DNA of 64,000 nt, taken from contig CALXSH010000004.1 of assembly GCA_944391065.1 (NCBI GenBank), forward strand, positions 2,842 through 66,841, written 5' to 3'. Under the pieces are notes generated by a model. The model worked only from the letters and a program-made list of their open reading frames with translations, was not told the DNA's origin and did no database searches. Positions 1 through 8,526 of the stretch are shown here, piece by piece; position 1 is the first letter of the stretch, and the number at the start of each line of letters is the position of its first letter. The translations under genes and the position numbers were made by a program. The DNA comes from an uncultured Kiritimatiellota bacterium (GTDB lineage Bacteria > Verrucomicrobiota > Kiritimatiellia > RFP12 > DVOR01).

Positions 1-1446
1 CACGGGTAGCTCGCGCGGCAGCTTCAGCGTGAGCAGGGAGATCTGGGAGTCGGCGACGGGGCAGTCGAAGTTGAGGCGCTTGGCGTGGTCAAAGAAACGC
101 AGGCCGGAGTAGTCGAGGCTGACGCCCTGCGCGGCCAGACGTCCGAGGGCCTGGCCGACCTGCATGCCGCCGGAACGGTGCAGGATGTGCATCGGAATGA
201 CCGCGACGGGTTCCGGACGGTCCTTCAGAATCTTCTCAATCAGCGGTGTCAGCAGCCCGCGGGCGCCGACCTCAACGAAGATGCGGCACCCGTCGTCGTA
301 CATTCTGCCGATCATGGCCCGAAAGTCTAGCGGGCGGATCATCTGATCGGTCAGCCCGCGGACGATGTCCGGGATTTCGGGACCGATCAGCTCCGTTTCT
401 CCGGCGCAACAGGAGTAGAAGGGGACGTGGCTGGCCGAGGTGACCTTCCCGGCGAAGAAATCCTCGAAGATACGCCTGATGGCGGCCGGGGCCAGCCCGG
501 TATTGAAGGGGGCCAACAGCGGTTCGGCGACGGAGAGGCCGCCGCCATTGCGGATGGCGGTCTCGACTTCGGCTTGCTTCTCCGGCGCGACGGCCAAAAC
601 GGTGTCTTCGTCAGAGAGAATCTGGGAGATGACAATATGCTGCGGATCGCGTTTGGCCAATTGCTGCAGGCTGGCCGTCGGGATGCCGGAGGCGGTCAGC
701 TGGACCATCGGCGTGCGGGCGCCTTCCTGGCCGAGACGCATCAGGATGCGACCGGCGTCGCGGAGAATCTTGACCAGACGGCGCTTCGGGTCGTGATGGG
801 TCGCGTGGAAGGCCGTGAAGCTGCCCAGACCCACGCCGCCGACGGCATCGGGCACGACGCCGACGGAATCCAGCAGGTCGGCAAAGACCTTGCTGGCCAG
901 ATAGGTCGAGGCTGTGGCCAGAAGCGGCAGAAAGCTCTTGAATGGGTCGAGGGGAAGGGTGTGTTCCGGAGAGGTGGAGAAGAGCCACTCGGATGGCGAG
1001 GCGACGTCGCAGAACCCCGAGAAGGCTTCCTCCATGTCGTCAAAACGCTGGCGGACACCGTCGAAGGTCAGGGCCAGGTCGCGCATCATTTCGAGGTGGA
1101 AGCTGCCGGTGCCTGGAAAGACGAAGGCCAGTTTCCCGCCGGAGAGGGCCAGCGGCGAGGTTGTGAAGAAGACGCCCGACTTGTCGCGCAGGCGCGAACG
1201 TCCGCTCTCCAGCGCGTGGATGGCGAAGCGGATGCGGTGCTGCATCTCGTCCAGTGAGGCGACCCACATACCGGTCACGCAGCGCTTGCCGTGCGCGGCT
1301 TTGGTCGCGGTGTAGACGACGTCAATCAGTCGCAGCCCGACGCTGCAGGCGATGAAATGGGAGATCTTGGTGAGCTCTTCCTTGAGCGCTTCCGGCGTAT
1401 CGGCGCCGACCAGGCAGAGCACGCCTTCGGTACGTTCGTTAGTCAT
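1..1446 (-). CDS. PKS/Pfa-type acyltransferase (AT)-like protein, 3' partial, catalytic Ser absent
   Basis: Not in ORF track because it runs off the window edge. Manual translation from ATG 1446 gives MTNERTEGVLCLVG...GGKLAFVFPGTGSFHLEMMRDL...GVVPDAVGGVGLGSFTA...CRIFVEVGARG, which are AT-domain motifs. GHSLG reads GVGLG. Confidence 0.8.
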   Translation of the reverse strand, partial: MTNERTEGVLCLVGADTPEALKEELTKISHFIACSVGLRLIDVVYTATKAAHGKRCVTGMWVASLDEMQHRIRFAIHALESGRSRLRDKSGVFFTTSPLALSGGKLAFVFPGTGSFHLEMMRDLALTFDGVRQRFDDMEEAFSGFCDVASPSEWLFSTSPEHTLPLDPFKSFLPLLATASTYLASKVFADLLDSVGVVPDAVGGVGLGSFTAFHATHHDPKRRLVKILRDAGRILMRLGQEGARTPMVQLTASGIPTASLQQLAKRDPQHIVISQILSDEDTVLAVAPEKQAEVETAIRNGGGLSVAEPLLAPFNTGLAPAAIRRIFEDFFAGKVTSASHVPFYSCCAGETELIGPEIPDIVRGLTDQMIRPLDFRAMIGRMYDDGCRIFVEVGARGLLTPLIEKILKDRPEPVAVIPMHILHRSGGMQVGQALGRLAAQGVSLDYSGLRFFDHAKRLNFDCPVADSQISLLTLKLPRELPV

Positions 1447-2830
1447 CGGGCATGGCCTCCAAAATCGCGGCACCTGCCCGTCCTTTGCGGGAGACCGTGC
1501 TGACCGCCAGACGCCGCGGACGCGCGGACGAGGCGATCCATGGGCGGGCCTCCTGCACCCAGTAATAGGCGCGCTCGGGCAGCTTCAGACGGAAGGTGTC
1601 GTCGACAGGAGTAACGGAGGGCGGCAGGATACAGTGGTTCAGTGCGAGCAACCCCTTCAGCAGGCCGAGGGCACCGGCGGCGGTAAAGGTGTTGCCGAAG
1701 GCCGTTTTGGCCGAACCGACGGCCAGCAGCGGAATGTGGGCGCCGCGATTGGCGGTGGCGGCGTTGAGCAGGGCCTCCTCGGCGGCGTCCTCCTCGGGGA
1801 TGCCGGAGGCATTCATTTCCCAATAGTCGATGTCGCGGAAACCGTTGGGCATGCGGCGCAGGGCGCGGTGTAGGGCGCGGCGCAGGCTTTCGCGCAGTCC
1901 ATCCTCCGTTGACGGCAGGCCGGAGACCATGCCGCAACCGTGCAGACGGGCATAGCAGCGCGAACCGTCGTCGCGGGCGTCGGAGCCCCTTCTGAGCACG
2001 AAGGCCGCGCCACCCTCACCGGGCAGCGTGCCGCATGTCCCATCCGTGAAGGGTGACAGTTCGTGGGCCGTGGTGAAGGGGGTGAGCACCGCTTCGCCAA
2101 GCAATCCCGGCATCAGGATGGGCGGCTGCACGGCCACAACAACGGCCGCGTCGCACTGATTCGTGCGCAGGGCGTTGGCCGCGGCCTCAAGTCCGGTGAA
2201 GACCGAAGCCTCGCCGGCGGAGCAGAGGCAGGCCGTGTCGCAGGCGGTGACCGTCTGGGCCAATCTGCGGACCACGTCATCGCCGCGCGCGGCGTCGAGC
2301 TGCGACGGACGGAGCCGGGGCAGTGTCGCGGCCAGCTCGGTGCGCAACTGAGCCGCCTGACTGCCGGTCATGGCCGGCACAAAGCGCTGAATGGCGGTCA
2401 TCAGCTGTTCAATGCCTGTGGCGTGCTGGAACCAATTGATGGCGGCGGGATTGAAAAAGGGATCGTAGCCGACGTAGAGGGCCACGCGGTCGGTCCTGTC
2501 GGAGCCGGGCGGCATGCCGGCATCATTCAGCGCGTCGAAGATGAGTTGAGCCACGAACCAGAAATCGGGATTGTCGCCGAGGCTGACTTCCGGAATGTCG
2601 GGCATCATGTCGGAGCGGCAGGCGAAGTTGTCGCCGAGCGCCGCGCAGACCTCCGGCATGGTATGGGCGGGGAAGAGATCCTCGGAGATGTGGGCGCCCT
2701 CGCTTTCGCCGAACGGCGCGAAGAAGGACTGCTTATGCAGAATGGCCTTCCAGAGCGCACGCGGCGTGGCGGCACCGCCGAAGCTGCCGCTGATGCCGGT
2801 AAATACAATACTGTCGGCATGAGGAATCAT
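1439..2830 (-). CDS. Beta-ketoacyl synthase-like (KS / chain-length-factor-like) protein
   Basis: KS motifs: LSPFTDGTCGTLPGEGGAAFVLRR, DIDYWEMNASG, VGSAKTAFGNTFTAAG, ILPPS. Catalytic Cys/His/His positions read E/N/N. Confidence 0.85.
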   Translation of the reverse strand: MIPHADSIVFTGISGSFGGAATPRALWKAILHKQSFFAPFGESEGAHISEDLFPAHTMPEVCAALGDNFACRSDMMPDIPEVSLGDNPDFWFVAQLIFDALNDAGMPPGSDRTDRVALYVGYDPFFNPAAINWFQHATGIEQLMTAIQRFVPAMTGSQAAQLRTELAATLPRLRPSQLDAARGDDVVRRLAQTVTACDTACLCSAGEASVFTGLEAAANALRTNQCDAAVVVAVQPPILMPGLLGEAVLTPFTTAHELSPFTDGTCGTLPGEGGAAFVLRRGSDARDDGSRCYARLHGCGMVSGLPSTEDGLRESLRRALHRALRRMPNGFRDIDYWEMNASGIPEEDAAEEALLNAATANRGAHIPLLAVGSAKTAFGNTFTAAGALGLLKGLLALNHCILPPSVTPVDDTFRLKLPERAYYWVQEARPWIASSARPRRLAVSTVSRKGRAGAAILEAMPDD

Positions 2831-2905
2831 GGTGCTTCCATTCTAGCACATCCGTCCGGACGCGACGGAGCGGACCGACCGGCACAGGGACGCGGTCCCG
2901 AGGGG

Positions 2906-3832
2906 TTAGCTCTTGCGCTTCCGTATCCGGATGCCAAAAAGGAAACTTCTGCGCCAGCCTTTCTTGGTGTGGGTAGACCAGACAATGCCCAAGAGATGGC
3001 GGAGCAGAAATCCCAAGGCGCGGCTTCTGTAGGGGGTCTTCAACAGGGCGAGCCAGTAGGGCCCCCACGACCAGTTCCACGCAATGTTGCACCACGGCTT
3101 CTCGTAGTATCCGGCGTAATGGCGGATAATCGTGTTGCACTTCCGAAGGCGCAGATGAGTTTCCGTCACGCAATAGTCAGACGAAAGCTCTGCCATCCGG
3201 TTGCGCAGAACCCTGTTGATGACGACCTGATCGGTCGCCGAGAACGTGTTCATGTCCAAGGTCTTTACGCAGTGCTCCGTGTCGGAAAAGAAGGCTTCAG
3301 GAATGTGTTCCTTGTTCAGCCGGTCGCAGTCCATGACCAGAAGACCGGCATAAAAGTATGGCGTGTCAGGTGCCAGGCCGATAGCCTTCTTGTAGTTGCT
3401 CCATCCCTCTTGGCCTGATGTATCACTGATTTCGCGGACGGCGGCAACTGGTTTTTCGTCCGTCAGCGGCGTTTCCCAGAGCTCACGCAAGGGCCCACGG
3501 ATTACGACGTCGACGTCCGAATAGATGACACGTCCTGGTATCAGTGTCGGGATGATGAATCGGTAGTATGTTTCCTGCGAAATGTATTCCAGTGGCGTCG
3601 GAAAGGCGTCGAAACGGCGCCGATCGATATCGTGGAAGACGATGTCGACGCGACCGTCCTGTCGCATGGAGGCCAGTTTGGTACGGGTCTCCGTCGAGAG
3701 ATTTCCGGACAGAATGTGGAAGCAAAACTGTTCGTCCGGATTGCTCGCCAGAGCGGACGCAATCACAACCGCGGCGTGCTGGGCATATGAGTCCGAAATA
3801 CAGAAGGCGAAGATAATGGGGTCGGATGTCAT
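2906..3832 (-). CDS. Glycosyltransferase family 8
   Basis: TYYRFIIP, RVIYSDVDV (DxD-like), DQVVIN, HYAG..KPW motifs. Confidence 0.9.
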   Translation of the reverse strand: MTSDPIIFAFCISDSYAQHAAVVIASALASNPDEQFCFHILSGNLSTETRTKLASMRQDGRVDIVFHDIDRRRFDAFPTPLEYISQETYYRFIIPTLIPGRVIYSDVDVVIRGPLRELWETPLTDEKPVAAVREISDTSGQEGWSNYKKAIGLAPDTPYFYAGLLVMDCDRLNKEHIPEAFFSDTEHCVKTLDMNTFSATDQVVINRVLRNRMAELSSDYCVTETHLRLRKCNTIIRHYAGYYEKPWCNIAWNWSWGPYWLALLKTPYRSRALGFLLRHLLGIVWSTHTKKGWRRSFLFGIRIRKRKS

Positions 3833-4068
3833 CGCTTTACCTTTCCAAGTCGAGTCAATGATAACACAGATAATGATGGCGCGGTAATCTCACGTATCCA
3901 TGTGACGCTGATGTGTCCTGCATGCAGTTTGGCGGATGCAGGGGCGCATCGCGCGGGGATTGGGGTTGCGTCGGATGGGGGTGATGGCGTACTCTGACAG
4001 CAACGGTACCATTCGGCCCGTGGGCCCTCAGACGGCCCGGCGCGCAGGAATCGGGGAAAGAACGACAC

Positions 4069-5298
4069 ATGAGCGAACGCATCATCGCCATCTACAAAGA
4101 TTATCTCCGGAGCGGACGTGGGGCGGACCGTTCCGTGGCCGCGCTGGCCAACGCGTTGGTCGGGCATGGTCATGAGATCCATGTCATCACGCAGCAGCGT
4201 CCGACGGATCCTCTGTCGGTGACTTTTCTGCCGGAGGTCGTCTGCCATCATATCCGCCGCAGCCGCATCCGTTCTCTGGCTGGCTTCATCAATAAACTTT
4301 TTCTGCGCACAGTGTTCGGTGAACGTCTCCTGCGCCGTTTCCTGCCGTGGCTGGATCTGATGCGCGAGACATCGCTTCGGTTGCACACCTGCCTGAAGGA
4401 AATTGCGCCGGAGGTTGTCATTGCCGCCGGAACCAATGAGTGCGTGGAGCTCACTTACGTAGGGTATCCCTGCGCGCCGATTGCGCAGATGTTTCAGGTC
4501 TACCCGCCCGTCTGCTTTGCCAAAAACAAATATCAGCGCGTCACGCGTCTGAAACGTGCGCTGCCCATGGTTGATGCGGTTCAGGTCCTTCTGCCGTCGC
4601 ATCGGGCCCTTGTACGGGAATACACGCGGGCCCCAATCGAGGCCATCGGCAACGCCATCGCCTATCCGCCCGACGAACCCCTTCCGCCCGTCAGTTCCCG
4701 CGATAAAGTCATCATTTATGTGGCCTATTTCTCAAAGGACAAGAACCATGCCGATCTCATTGATGCCTTCGCGTCTCTGAAGAACGGCAAGGATTGGGTG
4801 CTGCATCTGTACGGGACCGGGACCAAGGAGTGGGAAGCCCGCCTGAAGGAACAGGTCGCGCGGCTCGGTTTGGAAAAGCGGGTTCGCTTCTGCGGTTTGC
4901 TGTCGGTCCGTCAGCCGTTGCTTCACGCCTCCATCTGTGCCTATCCGTCGAAGACGGAGGGCTTCGGGATGGCGTTGGCCGAGGCCATGTGGTGCGGTCT
5001 GCCTTGCGTTGGCTTCAGGAACGCGCCCGGTGTGAACGAACTGATTGTGGACGGGGCCAACGGCCTGCTGGCAGATTCCACGCCCGAAGCGATGGCGGCT
5101 CAGCTGGACCGCCTGATTGCCGACGAAGCGCTCCGTGACCGTCTGGGGACCTACGCCGCGCGGACCGCCCGTGTCAATTACCGTCCGGAACGCATCTGGC
5201 AACAGTGGGAGGACCTGATTGACTCCCTCTGCCGCGCGGCCGCTTCCAAGTCTGTGACGGGCGAACCCTCCGCGTCCGGGCCGAGTCAGGAGGCGTGA
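4069..5298 (+). CDS. Glycosyltransferase family 4 (GT-B)
   Basis: YPSKTEGFGMALAEAMWCGLPCV (EX7E motif), KNH.DLIDAF. Confidence 0.9.
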   Translation: MSERIIAIYKDYLRSGRGADRSVAALANALVGHGHEIHVITQQRPTDPLSVTFLPEVVCHHIRRSRIRSLAGFINKLFLRTVFGERLLRRFLPWLDLMRETSLRLHTCLKEIAPEVVIAAGTNECVELTYVGYPCAPIAQMFQVYPPVCFAKNKYQRVTRLKRALPMVDAVQVLLPSHRALVREYTRAPIEAIGNAIAYPPDEPLPPVSSRDKVIIYVAYFSKDKNHADLIDAFASLKNGKDWVLHLYGTGTKEWEARLKEQVARLGLEKRVRFCGLLSVRQPLLHASICAYPSKTEGFGMALAEAMWCGLPCVGFRNAPGVNELIVDGANGLLADSTPEAMAAQLDRLIADEALRDRLGTYAARTARVNYRPERIWQQWEDLIDSLCRAAASKSVTGEPSASGPSQEA

Positions 5299-6179
5299 TG
5301 AAACAGCTTCTTGCCATTCTGTCGCTGACGGTCTGCACGTTTCTGGAAGCCCGTGAGTGGCCTTGGTCCGGACGTGCCGACATTGAGGCGCTGCGTGCCG
5401 ATTACATTGCGCCCAGGACCTCAATCGGCGAACCCGAGACCGACTGGGAGCCGGTGCTGAAGCCGATTGCCGAGCGCCTCGCGGCCGACGCGAGGACTCC
5501 GCTGGAAGCGGCGATGGCCCTCAACCGCGGCATTTTCAGAGAGACCGGCGTAATCTATTCGACCAAGCGTGACTATCCCAACCAGGATCCGCTGCACTCC
5601 ATCCGCATCGGCATGGCTTCCTGTTCCGGCCTCTCGATCATGCTGGTCGATGCCTGCCGCAGCATCGGCATTCCTGCCCGCGTGGTCGGCTGCATGTGGG
5701 TCTCCAAACCGGGTAACCATACCTGGGTCGAGATTTGGGACGGTGACTGGTATCCGCTCGGGGCCATCGAGGATTCGCCGCCGGATAAGCTCTGGTTCCT
5801 GGATGACGCGGCAGCGGCCATCGCGGACGATCCGCGCTATGCCATTTACGCCGCGCGCGGCACGCCTTCGCCCGGCGGCACTCTCTTCTACGGCTGGAAT
5901 GTCCCTGCCGACAACGTCACCGCCCGCTATACGGCCCGCCGCAAAGAGGCCGATGGCGTCCGCGTCCATATCGCTGCCGAACGCGGGGGGGAGCGCGTGG
6001 CGGTCCCCTTCACGGTCGCCGGGCAGACTTACGTGACCCCCGGACCGCGTCAGGATATGAACGATTACGCGACCCTCACGCTTCCCGAGGGTGCGTCTTT
6101 TACGGTTGAAATCGAGGGAAAGCGGTTGACGTACACGGCCGAACCCGACGTCATCCGAATCATTGAGCTGAATCAGTAA
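5298..6179 (+). CDS. Secreted transglutaminase-like domain protein
   Basis: Signal peptide; ASCSGLS...ACRSIGIPARVV...GNHTWVEIW (Cys/His catalytic motifs). Confidence 0.8.
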   Translation: MKQLLAILSLTVCTFLEAREWPWSGRADIEALRADYIAPRTSIGEPETDWEPVLKPIAERLAADARTPLEAAMALNRGIFRETGVIYSTKRDYPNQDPLHSIRIGMASCSGLSIMLVDACRSIGIPARVVGCMWVSKPGNHTWVEIWDGDWYPLGAIEDSPPDKLWFLDDAAAAIADDPRYAIYAARGTPSPGGTLFYGWNVPADNVTARYTARRKEADGVRVHIAAERGGERVAVPFTVAGQTYVTPGPRQDMNDYATLTLPEGASFTVEIEGKRLTYTAEPDVIRIIELNQ

Positions 6180-6187
6180 GAACACCC

Positions 6188-7528
6188 ATGGCACCGTCGG
6201 CAACAAGCTCAAAATTCGAATTTTCCTCCTGGAACGCCACCCGTTTCTTTGTGCCGCTTTGCATTCAGGCCATGAGCCAGGGGCTGACCTATCCGCTGGT
6301 CGGCACCATCGTCGCGCACGGTCCCGGAGAGGCCGCGGAGTACTCAGCCTTTGCCCAGGGGCTGATGATTATGTTTCTGCTGGGCTGCGTCGGTTATGGC
6401 CTCGTCACGACCGGCATGGTCTTCGCCAAGGACCGCGTCGGCTATATCCGATTCTCGCGCGTCACCATCGCCATCATGCTCGGAGAAGCCGCGCTTCAGA
6501 TCCTGCTGGCTCTTCCCGGCATATCGACGCTTGTCTTCGGCCACCTGCTCGGTCTGGACGGGTATCAGCTTGAGGTCGCCCGCTGGTCCATGTTTTGGTC
6601 GCTGCCGGCCCAGATGGGCTTCTTCATGCGCAACATCCCGCAGGTCATCCTTTACAATGAACACGAGACCTCGATCGCCAACGCCGCCACCATCATGCGT
6701 ATCGTCGTCACCGCGGTCGTCGCGCCCCTCTTCCGGTGGGCAGGCTTGGTCGGGTGGCAATGGGGTACGGTCTGCTTCACGGTGCCCGTGCTGCTGGAGT
6801 CGGCCGTCATGTGGCTCTTCGCGCGCTCCTATGTCCGCGGCCTACCGCGCAAACTGGCCGGCGTCGGCAAGGTCACCGCGATGAAGGTCTTTCTCTTCAG
6901 CATCCCGCTCTCCCTCGGCGGCTTCATGCTGATGCTTGCCGTCTTCGCGCTCAATGCCATCATTAACCGTACGGAAAACGGCGTCAGCATGCTGGCTATC
7001 CATCTCGTCGCCATCGGTCTGATCAATCCGCTCTCCTACGGCGCCCTGCGCAATCAGGCCGTCGCAATCGGCTTTCCGCCGGCGTATGACGGTGATAGCC
7101 GTACTTTCCGTTTTGCGGTCTGCAGCGGTTTGGCGCTGTCGCTCCCGTTGCTGATTATGCTGATTCCGGCGCTCAGCGGCTGGTATTTCTGCCACATCCA
7201 GAACCTGCTTCCGAGTCAGGAGCCGCTTGCTCGCAATGCCCTGTGGGTAGCGATGCTCTTTCCTGTGCTGCAGGCCATGCGCGGACACGCCGAGGGGTTG
7301 GCGGCCTATCGTCGCCGTCCCAAAGCCGTGCTGATGGGGCAAGCGGTCTTCTTCGCCGTTCTTACGGCGACCCTGCTGTTTCTTTTCCTCCTGCGCATGC
7401 CGGGTTATCTGATGGGGATTACCGCGCTTTGCTGTGCCTCCGCCGCGACGCTCGCCGCGATTCGGATATCTCTTTCGAAACGCTTCTCCGGGATGGCCGA
7501 TATGCCTGTGCAGCATTTGACACGCTGA
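6188..7528 (+). CDS. Multi-pass membrane protein, MATE/MOP-like exporter
   Basis: About 12 hydrophobic segments in two similar halves (FFVPLCIQAMS / FSIPLSLGGFM). Confidence 0.6.
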   Translation: MAPSATSSKFEFSSWNATRFFVPLCIQAMSQGLTYPLVGTIVAHGPGEAAEYSAFAQGLMIMFLLGCVGYGLVTTGMVFAKDRVGYIRFSRVTIAIMLGEAALQILLALPGISTLVFGHLLGLDGYQLEVARWSMFWSLPAQMGFFMRNIPQVILYNEHETSIANAATIMRIVVTAVVAPLFRWAGLVGWQWGTVCFTVPVLLESAVMWLFARSYVRGLPRKLAGVGKVTAMKVFLFSIPLSLGGFMLMLAVFALNAIINRTENGVSMLAIHLVAIGLINPLSYGALRNQAVAIGFPPAYDGDSRTFRFAVCSGLALSLPLLIMLIPALSGWYFCHIQNLLPSQEPLARNALWVAMLFPVLQAMRGHAEGLAAYRRRPKAVLMGQAVFFAVLTATLLFLFLLRMPGYLMGITALCCASAATLAAIRISLSKRFSGMADMPVQHLTR

Positions 7529-7792
7529 GCTATGCGTCAAACAGAACGTGCACCGAAGCCTAAATCGGGGGCACGCGTTATGCCTCATTTGCCGGACACC
7601 GGGGAAGGGGCGGATGGCGGACTTTGGCGGGTACGTGCACAAACACGCCGAACGGATGCGGTTCCCGTCGCGCGGAGCTGAAGCGTTGGTACGCCGGCTA
7701 TCGGTTCTCCCCCAAGAGCCTTGCCCACCCTTTTACCCCTCCCTTTTGGAGGCTGCGGTGAAGCGCGGAGCGGATGAGAGCGCAGACCGATT

Positions 7793-7870
7793 CAAAAGTG
7801 GGCGTAAACCAATTCAAAAGTGGGCGACAATTGAGGCAAAAGTGGGCGTAAACCGACTCAAAAGTGGGCG
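7793..7870 (+). repeat. Four copies of CAAAAGTGGGCG at exact 22-bp period
   Basis: Core starts at 7793, 7815, 7837, 7859; intervening 10-mers are taaaccaatt, acaattgagg, taaaccgact. Confidence 0.9.
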
Positions 7871-7889
7871 TAGTTTTACGGCCATGCCC

Positions 7890-8369
7890 TTACAGGCACT
7901 TATTTGAAGGTGCCGGAGAAGGGAGGGCGTGCCGCCGTGCGCAACGCTCCCGGGGCCGCGCGGCCGGTTTGTCGTAGTGATGCGTGAAGCTCTTCTTGGT
8001 CTCGCATTTGACGTTGCTGATGGTCATACATGTGGCTACACATAGGTTGCTGTAGTCTGACCATCGGACACACAGACGGTTAATGGCATTCAGCAAGTCT
8101 GGGTTGTCGAAACGACGATATCCGAAGCGAGTGCGTGCCAGGCTTGACTTCTTCCGCTCGCCGTGTGCATTGTCGTTGCAACAACCTGTGCGTGACCTTG
8201 CAAACGTAATCTTCGGATGATCCTTGGCGAATCTTACGAGGTGGTCATGGAGCGGGAAGCGCCCGACCATGAGACGGCCCTTCACTCTGCGTGACTTTGC
8301 ATAGGCGTACTTTGTGCGCTTCTGGGCGATGCACTCTGTTCTCGGTTGTCGCGACATAATGTTATCCAT
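7890..8369 (-). pseudogene. Transposase remnant (integrase-core DDE type)
   Basis: ITFARSRTGCCNDNAHGERKKSSLARTRFGYRRFD...HYDKP resembles the FTRSRPY.KNDNAHVEQKN..VR...GY.RYD motif of integrase-catalytic-domain transposases. The N-terminal basic segment is fused directly to it and the central domain is missing. Confidence 0.7.
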
Positions 8370-8526
8370 GCACTACAGTGTAGGGTGTCCAGTAAATGAG
8401 GAAAAGCCCCTTTCCCAGAAATTTTCTCTTCCGGTTTCGGTGCACTTTGTTATGAAGAATGGCACACTGAGGCAATGTCGGCTTCGCGGCATACATTGAG
8501 GGGAGATTTTTGGTATGCTTGCGGGC

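Larger units (their letters stand above)
7578..8406 (-). mobile_element. Degenerate, internally deleted insertion sequence bounded by imperfect 23-bp inverted repeats
   Basis: 7578-7600 ttatgcctcatttgccggacacc (reverse complement ggtgtccggcaaatgaggcataa) versus 8384-8406 ggtgtccagtaaatgaggaaaag. Encloses a transposase remnant; lower GC than flanks. Confidence 0.6.

Noticed and set aside
7548-7907. 119-aa ORF with KVGVN-like repeats
   Set aside because: The repeat period of 22 bp is not a codon multiple, and there is no RBS or consistent peptide repeat.
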